DNA of 64,000 nucleotides from Phoronis australis (lineage: Eukaryota > Animalia > Phoronida). The stretch spans positions 172,642-236,641 of the forward strand of contig NMRA01000589.1 in the NCBI GenBank assembly GCA_002633005.1, read 5' to 3'. Both the position numbers and the translations under genes were made by a program. Each line of letters starts with the position of its first letter. Position 1 is the stretch's first letter. Shown one piece after another: positions 26,201 through 38,500 of the stretch. A model generated the notes under the pieces. The model was not told where the DNA came from. It saw only the letters and a list, made by a program, of their open reading frames with translations, and ran no database searches.

Positions 26201-29200
26201 TCTTTACACAGACTCCGCAACACAAGACACGACACTTTCATTTCAGCGATGGTCTTCACATCTTCAACAAAAAGCCATAAACTGTCGTAATATTAATATG
26301 GATGACAAGTTTTGTCTATTGCACTGCGACTTCGACAGCGGTATTGTCCCACGAGCTAGTTCCAGAAGCGTTCTCTCAACTAAGCTACCTCATGACATCA
26401 CTGCCCAACTGACGACCACTGCGAACGATGCTTTCAGAACCACTACCGTCGACCTCCTCTTGACGACACTGATGCTGTCGTACAACCACTGTCTTGGAAA
26501 ATCGGCCCTCCACATTGACGTGGAAGCTCATGGGCGTGAACCCTTAGATGCAGACATAGACATATCTCGTACACTCGGCTGGTTCATGACAATGTTTCCT
26601 CTAAAGCTTGAAGTCACACGAGAGCAATCGACAGAGGCAACACTTGAAAGCACAATTAAACGTACAAAAGAAGCGATCAGAAAAATTCCGCACAAAGGAA
26701 TTACATTCTGGTTATTGAAATATTTGAAGTCGCTCGACAGCATCAGCTTTCCATCGTCAGACGTCTTGTTCAACTACTACGGGAGGTTTGACCAGATACA
26801 AACAAGAAGTGATTTCTGGGACATGGATCCGAGTTATAGCTCTGGCGAAGATGAATTTGATGAAAGCGAAAAGCTAACTCATAAGCTAGTTGTTGAATGT
26901 TACATAAAAGATGAGCTTCTTCATCTTAAAATGTTCTACAGTACCGACTTCCACAAACCTAACACCATTCAAATTTGGCTACAGAAATGGAAAGAGTCGT
27001 TGCTAAAGACTGCTCGACACTGCGCACAAAATGGAGTGCAAGGATACACCCCATCAGACTTCCCGCTTTTGAGCCTGTCACAGGGACACTTGGACTATCT
27101 CTTGGCTACAAGATTAGCGCAGCTTGATCTGAAAGCCGAGCAGATTTCGGATATGTATCCCTGTACACCAATGCAAGAAGGTTTCTTGTTCAGTCTGTTA
27201 CAAGATCCGTCATCATATCTCATTCAACGGTCTTGCACGGTGAACGGTGATCTCGATCAAAATCAGCTTCACCAGTGTGTGGCAAAGGTCATCCAGCGAC
27301 ATGATGCACTGAGGACAAGGTTTTTCGTCGATAGACTCAATGGGTGCATGCAAATTGTTCGAAAAACACATGACACAACCTGGGCAGTCGAAGATTTGTC
27401 AAATGTCACGGAGTCTCAGGCGGAGGAAAGAGAGCAGCAGTATTTGAGTCAGGATCGCAAAAGAGGATTCAGCATGTCTGAGTCAATGATTCGATTCTGT
27501 CTCTTTGTCCTGACAAAGAGTAAACATCGACTCATTATGACCGTGCACCACAGTTTGTTAGACGGTATGTCCTGTTCCATTTTGTTGCAAGAAGTTGTCC
27601 AAGCCTGCAACAATTCGGCTTTACCGGAAGCGCCAAAATACAGAGAGTTTGTCCAAGAGGTTATGGTCTCGAGGCAGAGTGCCTACACATCAGAGGGATT
27701 TTGGAAGGAAGAGATGCAGGACCTCCCTTTCCTTGGGAACCTTCGCATGCTGTCCCCAGTCACACCTCTTCGAGGTCACGAAGTAATCCTGGAATCATTT
27801 GACGTAGTTCCAAACTTTTCAGCATACACTGAACAACACGAGATATCGCCTGCTGCGATACTGTGTGCTGCATGGGCGTTCATCATCAATAAGTACTCTT
27901 GTGATCCAAATGACGTCATATTTGGGCTCATAGTGTCTGGGCGAAGTTCATCAAATATCGACCAAATTAATAAGATGGTTGGTCTAACTATTAACACTCT
28001 CCCGATGCGGGTTAAAATTCAAGATCACCACGTCACCGAATGGGTAAAGTATGTACAACGAAAAATTGCATCCATTACAGCTCAAGAAAAATCGTTCACG
28101 ACTGATATTCAAAAGTGGTGTGGTCTAAACCCAGACGATAAGTTATTCGAAACCGCTATTTCTTACCAAACGGCCCACACAGAAGTTGACCAGACTCCAC
28201 ACGGCATTAGTATAACTGATGTTTATGACCACGAATATACAGAATATCCCCTGACTTTAGACATTTTAAATACGGGTACGTCTTTTCAAGTGAAAGCGAT
28301 TTACGATACCAAAATTATTGACGTTCTAGCACTGAAACAGATGTTGATGCAGTGGAAACAAGTCATCGGTGCCATAGTTAAGTCCGGCAATAGCTATAAA
28401 GTGTGCGATCTAAATATGCTCTCTAACGAAGAAAACACGATCGTTCGAGAATTCAATACTCCAAATGAATTCGACATAACCTTTGGTCATGTGAAAGGTG
28501 TTCATCAGCTGTTTGAAGACAAGATGAAGTTTTTACCAGCCAGTCATAAAGCTATTGAATCAAGACTCGGTTCTCTGACTTATGAGGAAGTCAACAATGC
28601 CGCAAATTTCATTGCTTCTCAACTGCGTGTCCTTGGCGTCAAGCGGGAGAGCAAGGTCGGCTTACTGCTCGATCGCAGTGAATCCATGCCAGTGTGCATG
28701 CTTGCAGTCTGGAAAGCAGGAGGAGCATTTGTTGCGATTGAAGACTCGCTTCCCAGCGACAGAATCAACTTCATCCTTCAAGACAGTGGATGCACAGTTG
28801 TTGTTAATGCTGCGAACATCCCGTTAGACGACATAGCAGGACGTTTGGCGCAAATCACAGTGAGCAGAAGCGATATTTGCGACTACGCTAGCCGTCATAG
28901 GGAAAACTTAGCGAGCTTAAACGCATGGCAAGACCTTGCATATGTGAGCTACACGTCAGGATCCACTGGACGGCCTAATGGGGTTTTAATTGAACACGGC
29001 GGGATAATTAATCTTTTGCTGTGTAAGCCTGGAGGACTGTTTCAAGTCTCGCAAAAGTCACGAGTCATGCAATTCTTTTCCGCTAGTTCTGACAAGGCTG
29101 TAGGTGAAATATTTGGAACACTTTGCCATGGCGGATGTCTTGTTATCGCCGATGAAAATTTCGCAGAAAGTCTTAAGTCTGTTGACACAGCTACACTTAT

Positions 29201-32200
29201 GCCATCAGGATTTGGAATGCTGGACTTTAACGATTATCCCAATCTTGAACTGATCGTTTCAACCAGCGAACCTTGTACCCAAGTGATGGTTAATTCTTGG
29301 GGGCGAGACCGAATTGTGGAAAATGCTTATGGGACAGCTGAGTGTAGCATTTTTACCAATGTTGGCCGCCTTTTGCCGCACAAAAGAATAACCGTAGGAA
29401 AGCCTTTGCCAAACACAAAGAGTTACGTCCTTGATAAAAATCTGAGCTTATTACCAGTGAACGTAACAGGACATCTTTACATCGGGGGAGTTGCCGTTGC
29501 ACGAGGTTACCACAATAGACCAGATTTAACTGACAGTGCCTTCATTGAAAATCCTTTCGACAATGGATACTTCTATAAGACAGGCGATTTAGCTAGGTGG
29601 CTGGACACGGGAGAGATCGAAATAATTGGTCGTCAAGACAGCCAGGTACACTTACGAGGAAAAAGAATTGAGTTGATGGAAATAAGATCTGCACTCGAAC
29701 AACTCCCAGAGGTAAAACAAGCACACGTTGTATTGCAAGACAAGCAGTATATAATTGCTTACGTGGTAGCGTCAGCTGAATGCGACATCATTGATAGGCT
29801 CAAAAGGCAACTGCCTAGTTTCATGGTGCCAACATCAGTTATTTCCGTGGATTTTCTCCCGTTGACATCGGGAAATAAGATTGATGACGCTGCTCTTCCC
29901 AAGTTCACTCCCAAGCCATCTCATGATGACTCTCGAACGCCACTCAATGACTTGGAATTTCTGACTTTGAAAGCATACAAAGAAGTTATAGATCCCAACT
30001 TCACTATGGACGACGATTTCTTCAGTCTCGGCGGTCATTCACTTCTCGCGATAACATTGAAAACTGTTTTGGTTGAGAGTCTTGGATATGAGATTTCTAT
30101 GACGGACATCATGCGATACACAACACCTGCAGAACTTGCAGATCAACTGGGTAGAAGGATGTTAGCTCCACGGAAACTCCAAACATCTACCAGACTTATT
30201 CCAAAATCCTGTCCATCGGATGAAGCTGTTATTAAAGAACGAACTTCCTTTCATCAAGAACAAATGTGCTTGTTGTACGAAGTGATACAGGACAGCCCAG
30301 TGTACAACGTGTCGCTCATTTTGACTTTCCGTGGTCAGCTGAACGTTGAGTCTTTGAAACAGTCACTCATCGCGGTAACTCAAAACCATCACTCATTCAG
30401 AACAGCTTTTGAAATTGCAGAAGACAAATTCGTGCAAGTAGTGAGACCGGTGAACGAGACAGCATTTGACTTTGAATACCATGAAGGTGAGCACAGCGAA
30501 GCCGAAACGAGAGAGATCATCTACACAGAGGCATCCAAACCGTTTAACTTGTATAAGCTTCCACTAGCAAGATTCCGATTGGTGGAACTCAATGCACAAG
30601 AACACAGAATGCTACTCTTGATGCATCATGCAGTAACAGACGGTGCTTCACTGAAGATCATTGTGGATGAAATGTCCGAACGTTACCACTGTTTGTCAGA
30701 AAATCTTAATTATAACGTACCTCCCCAAACCCTGGAATATATTGACTACAGCATCTGGGAGAGAAGTGTCCTAGAGACCGAAACCTTTGAAGCTCAACTT
30801 TCTTTCTGGAAACGCCAGTTGGAATACGCTCCTTCGTTACTGGATTTACCGTTGGACAGACCCCGCCCAGCAGTTCCGTCATACGACGGTGCGTCGGTGT
30901 TCTTTTCTATTCCAGAAAGTGTGACAAACAANTGTTAGCTCCACGGAAACTCCAAACATCTACCAGACTAATTCCAAAATCCTGTCCATCGGATGAAGCT
31001 GTTATTAAAGAACGAACTTCTTTTCATCAAGAACAAATGTGCTTGTTATACGAAGTGATACAGGACAGCCCAGTGTACAACGTGTCGCTCATTTTGACTT
31101 TCCGTGGTCAGCTGAACGTTGAGTCTTTGAAACAATCACTCATCGCGGTAACTCAAAACCATCACTCATTCAGAACAGCTTTTGAAATTGCAGAAGACAA
31201 ATTCGTGCAAGTAGTGAGACCGGTGAACGAGACAGCATTTGACTTTGAATACCATGAAGGTGAGCACAGCGAAGCTGAAGCGAGAGAGATCATCTACACA
31301 GAGGCATCCAAACCGTTTAACTTGTATAAGCTTCCACTAGCAAGATTCCGATTGGTGGAACTCAATGCACAAGAACACAGAATGCTACTCTTGATGCATC
31401 ATGCAGTAACAGACGGTGCTTCACTGAAGATCATTGTGGATGAAATGTCCGAACGTTACCACTGTTTGTCAGAAAATCTTAATTATAACGTACCTCCCCA
31501 AACCCTGGAATATATTGACTACAGCATCTGGGAGAGAAGTGTCCTAGAGACCGAAACCTTTGAAGCTCAACTTTCTTTCTGGAAACGCCAGTTGGAATAC
31601 GCTCCTTCGTTACTGGATTTACCGTTGGACAGACCCCGCCCAGCAGTTCCGTCATACGACGGTGCGTCGGTGTTCTTTTCTATTCCAGAAAGTGTGACAA
31701 ACAAGCTGATGAGCTTGACATATAAGTTCGGGGGAACGATGTTTACAGCACTTCTTACGGTATATGCACTCTTGATACGCATATACTGCCAAGCAGACGA
31801 CATTGCACTGGGAGCGTTTGTTTCCGGAAGACACAACCAAGGTACAGAGAATATCGTGGGTTATTTTGTGAACACCCTCCCTCTTAGAGTTAAGTTTAAC
31901 AAGAAACAAACGTTCAACGATATGCTCATTATGATTAAAGACCTTATGCTGGATGTTCTAAACAACCAGGACGTGCCTTTTCAAAAAATCTTAGAAGCAC
32001 TCAGCATCCCACGTGACACAGCCTACCACCCAATCATTCAAGCCGCTACGATCTTGCAAGAAGGACTAGCAAGCAGACAAGTTAGTAAAGGGTTGAACTT
32101 AAACGTTGACAGTTTCGAACAGTTCACAGCAAAATTTGATTTAAACTTGGAGTATTTACGACATCCGAATGGCCAGATTTCAGGGCAATTTGTTTACAAT

Positions 32201-32547
32201 ACTGACGTCTTTAACAAGTCCACTATTGAGCGGATGACTGATCACCTACTCTATTTGTTCGATTTGGTTACAAGAGACTGTGACACTCCAATGAACCATC
32301 TGTGCATGCTACCTCCCAAAGATTTGGAGCGCATAATGTCTTTCAACACGACTGGAGACTGTACGGACGTTCGCATCCACCGACAGTTTGAAATGAGGGC
32401 AGACGAGTCGCCAGAGGAGATCGCGGTCGAAGAAAAAAGGCGCCATATAACTTATGGTGGACTGAACAAAGCCGCAAATGACTTAGCACGTCAGCTGCGA
32501 TCACTTGAAGTGACCTTTGATGTACCAGTGGCCTTGCTGGGAGAAAG
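23203..32547 (+). CDS. NRPS giant exon (partial C, A1, T1, E1, C2, A2, T2, C3, start of A3)
   Basis: ORFs 23166-30938 and 31037-32551 form one frame once the duplicate is removed; acceptor TTTTATTTTAG|23203, donor AG|GTAAGA at 32548 (phase 2). Confidence 0.9.
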
Positions 32548-35500
32548 GTAAGAAATCATTTATTTTGGTAAAATTTAACGTCCCAGTGACTTACAGGAGT
32601 TTTCCGCAGATAAGCCCACCCGATGAAACGCTCATGGGCGTTTATTTGGTGTTACAACTGGTATCAAGTGTCTAGATAGTGGGCCGTTTATTCGGAAGAT
32701 TTCCTCTTAAGAGCCCACAATGAGGTCTGGAGGTGCACATTAATCTTCTTGTCCCACTGGGCAGATATTGCAAAAATTCATGGGCTGTTACACAATTAAC
32801 GTTGTTAACCCGCATTCACAACAATCCTTTTAGGACTACCAATCCACCCAGAAAGGCTGTTTCACTTACAAAAAATACGTACAGCGCTTCCTTTCGTCAT
32901 TTGCGTAGCCGAAACTATGACTTTCCATTTACACGCCCCCTTTTCCGAATAAACGCCAGGGCGTTTATTTGGCGTTACTAAAACGCCTGAAATTTTTCAC
33001 TTTCCGAATACACCCCATGGCTTATCCCCGGAAATATCGGTATTATGGAAAATCTTGTTTTAACATTGGTAAAACATCACCACTCGGATGCTTGTGACAT
33101 GTGGCAAAACTCTTCGCTTTTTCATGTTTTAGGACGTCCTTGCCAAATGCCAACTCGAACTAATCACTATGGAAATATATACATCAGTTACCTACTTTTT
33201 GTTTTAGAAACCTTGAGCTCATCGCTGCTATCCTGGGTACATTAAAAGCAGACGGAGCCTTTGTTTGCATAGACGTATCCTTGCCCCAAAATCGCATCGA
33301 CTACATGCTCGAAGATTCGGAATGTCACGTTGTCGTAACCTCGCAACGCATCCTTAATTCCGGAATCCTAAAGCATTTTGGGGGACATGTCATATGCCTA
33401 GACATAGAGAAATGCACAACAAAATACCCTATTCGTCTCAGCTCTGATAAAGACAGAGAAGTGCAAGCCCAGAGCAAAGTGACGTCCAGTAATATGGCAT
33501 ACATAGTATACACATCGGGGACAACCGGGAAGCCGAAGGGTGTTATGGTAACACACAAAGGCGTAGAAAATCTTATCCCAAAAATGAACAAGGCGCTAGG
33601 TGTAAGGAAGGGAAGGAAAATAACACAGTTCTTCAACATAATGTTTGATGGCGCGTATCAAGAAATATTCATGGCGCTCTCCAGCGGAGCTACTCTTGTA
33701 CTTCGTGAGACGGACTACCGCAACACGTTGAAGTCGGTGGACTTTTCTATGATGACGCCAACTGTACTTGCATCTTTGGATCCAAGAGACTTCCCAAACC
33801 TAAAAACTGTGGCTGTTCTTGGCGAAATATTGCCCGAATCTGTGGTCGCGTGCTGGGAGGATCACGTAGACTTATTTAATGAATATGGCCCGTGCGAGGT
33901 GACAATCAACTGTACTATTGGTAAGGTGAATAACAGATCGCAAGTGACAGCTGGAAAGCCAATAGAAAATTGCACGACCTTTGTGCTTGGAGACGACATG
34001 AACCTGGTTCCAATTGGCGTGAAAGGAACAATTTTCATTAGCGGACTCGGTGTTGCAAGAGGATACCTCAACAGACCGGACTTGACCCTTCAGAAATTTG
34101 TAGATAATCCATTCGGTGAGGGTAAACTCTACAACTCCGGAGACGTTGGATGTTGGACCGACGACGGTGAACTCGTGGTCAATGGACGAAAAGACAGACA
34201 GGTAAAGTTCAAACGGTGATCATAAGATGGGCTGTAATTTTTTCACAATGATGTCTTGCTCGCAATCCGATCTTTCCCAAGAAGTTTCGAGATATTCATT
34301 GTCAGTTTGCCGTATGACTGTTGATAGGACAATAAACGGATAGGACGTGAATTTTAACGAGCTTTTATGATACTATGCAACAAATAAAACTGGTATGTTA
34401 CATAACTTACGTTCAATGTGTATAACTGAGACATAGCTTCAATACTACGACAAGAATTTGTCATGCTGCTTTGCATTCTTTATTATTCATTCCCGTGTCA
34501 ACTCAATCAAAAATTGATAAACCCATGGGTTTCAATGGTCGTTCTAGGTCAAATTGCGAGGATTTCGAGTAGAGCTCGGGGAAGTGGAACACGCGCTTGC
34601 TACGTTGGAGGGCATTGGGAACGCTGCTGTGTTGATGAAAAAGGACATTTTAGTAGGATATGTCACGCCCGATATCGGTAAGTGTGTCAATCCGTTTACT
34701 TAGACCGGTTTCCGGTATGAAATTGATCCTAACTTTACCTAGATGAAGATTGATTTCTGGGTTATGGAAAAGCTGGCAGTAAATTATTGTTTGCGAACGT
34801 GCTCGGCACATAACGTGACTGACACACTGTGACAATCCAAATTATCGAGTCTGATCCCAAGCAATAATGAACTGTGAGTTCTTCTACAACCCAGGAATTT
34901 TGTATCCGTCAGTGTCATAAACTAAAAGTTGTTTACGGAAGGCGAGTTAATAGCCGCTGTAAGAAGCCACTGCTAATGGTCACCTCGATGTCAACAAATT
35001 TTTAATTGAAACTAAATGAGCCTTATTTCGCTATCTGAGTAAAATCATTTTTGTTTTATATCTCGCTGAAGCTGCAGTGTGTCTACAATCTCTTCTCAAA
35101 ATCTTGTCTTCACAGGCACGACGAAAGCCCAAGAGCTTAAACAGAAACTCGAAGAAACTCTTCCGCGGTATATGATACCCACAGTGATCGTTCCTCTGGC
35201 AAAATTCCCAATGTCAACAGCCGAAAAGGTAAATTATCGCGCATTGCCCGAACCGAACTTAGTGCAACAGGAAACTGCCACAACAAAAGAAAAAATGCTC
35301 ATACAAATTTGGAGCGAAGTTCTTGGAATCAGCCCATCAAAGATCAAACCAACAGATTCCTTCTTTTATTTGGGTGGAGATTCAATTTCTGCCATGAAAG
35401 TTTTCACTTTGGCAAGAAAACAAGACTTACGATTCACAGTACAACAAATTTTCCAAACGCGGAATTTGTCTCAACTCGCAGCTGTAGCCAAATTTGAAAA

Positions 35501-38500
35501 GTCATCTATAGAGGCAGATCAAGTCGAGATTTCTGGACTCATACCTTTGACACCAATTCAAGAGTGGTTCATAGGCTTGGACATGATGAACCTCAACCAT
35601 TTCAACCAGTCTGCTCTCCTCAAGCCTCATAACATACTTGATGCTCAAGCACTTCAGAAAAGCATTGACAAACTTGTGTCGCATCATGACATGCTTAGAG
35701 TAAAGTTCCATTTCAGAGACGACGGTACAGTCACGCAAGAAATCAAATCTTCAAATGATTGCATAAAACCAAAACTATTACACAAAGCTGTATCGCAAGA
35801 CCAGGTGAATGACACACTGCACCAAATTCAATCATCTTTGAGCATAACAGATGGCCCTGTTGCAGCTTTCTGCCTGCTAGACGTGAAGAGTCAAGGGCAG
35901 TTGCTCTTCATAACTGTTCATCACGTCGCAATTGACTTGGTTTCATGGCAAATCCTTCTTGAAGACCTTGAGCTGTTGTACTTAGGCAAGAAGTTACAAC
36001 CTAAAACAACGTCGTTCAAAGCATGGTCAGAGGGTCTCTCGAATGAGTATCGTTTAACTATGTCAACAGATACTTGGCCCAAATGGCAGAATACAGCATC
36101 AAAAACTTTTGATCACTTCCTGTACGGGAACAAGATTAACGAGACTGGGGAAAACCGCACACTGAAACTGGAAAGTATTTCACTTCATGCTGAAACAACG
36201 GGCAAACTGCTTTCTCTTCAGGGAACCCAGGGGAGCGATTTAACTTCCGTTAACGACGTGTTATTGACTGCCTTAATTGTAGCATATCACAGATGTACTG
36301 CGATGACATCTCTTGCTGTAGAACAAGAATGGTTTGGAAGGGAACCTTGGAATGAGAAATATGATGTGTCCAGAACAGTAGGTTGGTTTACCGTCATGTA
36401 CCCTGTTACAATGACAATTGACAAAAATGGAGAATTGGAAGATCATCTTGAAAAGACAAAATCAATTCTGCGACGAGTTCCACAAGGCGGGCTTCCATTC
36501 GGTGTCAATAAATACCTGAATAAAGACGAAGACTACAGGTTCCACCAAAGTTGTGACGTTCTCTTCAACTACCACGGTAGTGCAACACAATTTTCCCAAG
36601 ACCTGACGCTTTGGGACGTATGCATGGATGGGGAATTCGTCTTCACAAACCGAGGCAAAGATGAGAAGTTATCCCATAGTCTTGTAATTGAGTGTTCCGT
36701 GCAAGACGAGTGTCTGAAGTCAATGTTCATTTATATGCACGATCAGAGAAGTCCGTTCATAAAAGAATTGGCTTCAACCTGGCTCGAAATCGTCAATTCC
36801 ATTATGTCAACTTGCAAAGTAATGCAGGTTGATAAAGGCATAGATCCATCCAATGATACCCTTCCTGCGCTTAATACAACTCAAATCCTAACAGACAACG
36901 ACACCGAAGCCATTTACGAATGTACCCCACTTCAAGAAGGTTTCATTCTTTCACTGCTTCAAGATAAATCTTCATATCTTGTCCAAATGGCAATGGATAT
37001 TGAAGGAAAGTTGGATGTACCACGGTTCATAGACGCTTGGAATGTAGTCATTCGCCGCCACCAGTCTCTAAGAACCTCGTTTGCAATCGAAACAAAGGAC
37101 CACATGTTGAGGCAAAACGTCAGAAGACAAGCAAACATTCAGTGGACAAAAGATCACTGGACGGATCCACTGCAGCAAGAGAACGAGTATGTGATCAAAG
37201 ACAGAAACGTAGGATTTGAAATGAAGGAGGTAATGATGCGCTTTGCGTTAATGAAACAACCTGATGACACATACAGGTTTATCTGGACGACCCATCACTC
37301 CCTGATTGATGGTTGGTCAACTCAGCTCGTGTTAAGAGAGGTTCTCTTAGCCTATCATCAACAGGAACTGCCTCCTCCACCACCTCCATTCCAAACTTTT
37401 GTCGAGTATTGTAAATCGCGAAATACTTCAGCCGCAAAGACTTTCTGGGGTGAATTCTTTGAAAACTTACATTCAAAGTTTTTAATTACCGGAAAGGAAA
37501 CCGTAAGACCCAAAGAAGTCTCATCGTCAAATGTGAAGAATTTCACCAAACAACTTGAAGTACGCACTGATAACCTCTGGCGTTTTGCACGTGAAAACAG
37601 TCTAACAATTTCCAGTGTCGTTTTTGGTGCATGGTCTATCGTGTTAGATAGATTTTGTAGCAATGGAGGGAACGATTGTGTGTTCGGCGTGGTACTGGCT
37701 TCCAGGAGTGCAGAAGTTGAAGGAATAGAAGACATGGTAGGTCTCTTGATTAACACATTGCCACTTCGAATCACATTTCCAACGAGTGCAGGTATTTCGA
37801 TGCTTGACTGGTTGCATTCAGTACAGTCCCGCCAAAGCAGTATAATGGAGTACGACTACTGCAACTTAGCAGATGTCGTACGATGGAGTGGCCTACCAAG
37901 AAACCAGAATATCATGGATTCTTTGGTAATTTTTGAAAATTATCCTCCGATGCACGACGTGGAAAACGGCGAAATAGCGCTCACTAATCTCCAAGCATAC
38001 GAGAAAGTACAGTTTCCCATAACAATAGAGGTTGCCGCGGACTCCGACTATGTTAGTGTCACGTGCATGCATGATACCAGCCGGATAAGCGATGATCTAG
38101 CTAGCGAGATGCTAGATTACATGAACAGTGCAATCAAGGAGCTGCTCAACTATGACACAGAGAAACCGATAGTTGAAATGGACATCGTCAAGGCGAGACC
38201 TGGGAGAGATGCCAAAGGAGTACGTTTGGACATGTGGAACGGGGTGGGATCCACAAGCCAACTTAAATGTTATATCAGGGATCAAAAGGGACGCATGACG
38301 CCACCAGGTATTGCCGGAAAACTAGAGTTCAGCACTAGTAATGGCGAGGCATGTCAAACGAACGTTGTGGCTCTGCTACATAACAACGGCGATATAAGCG
38401 TTTTATGCAAGAAAGGCAATTACGAACTTGAGGGTGCAGTTAAGTATGTTACGTTTGAAACTGAAGAGGGCGCGATAGCACTTACTCAGAAACCAGTTTC

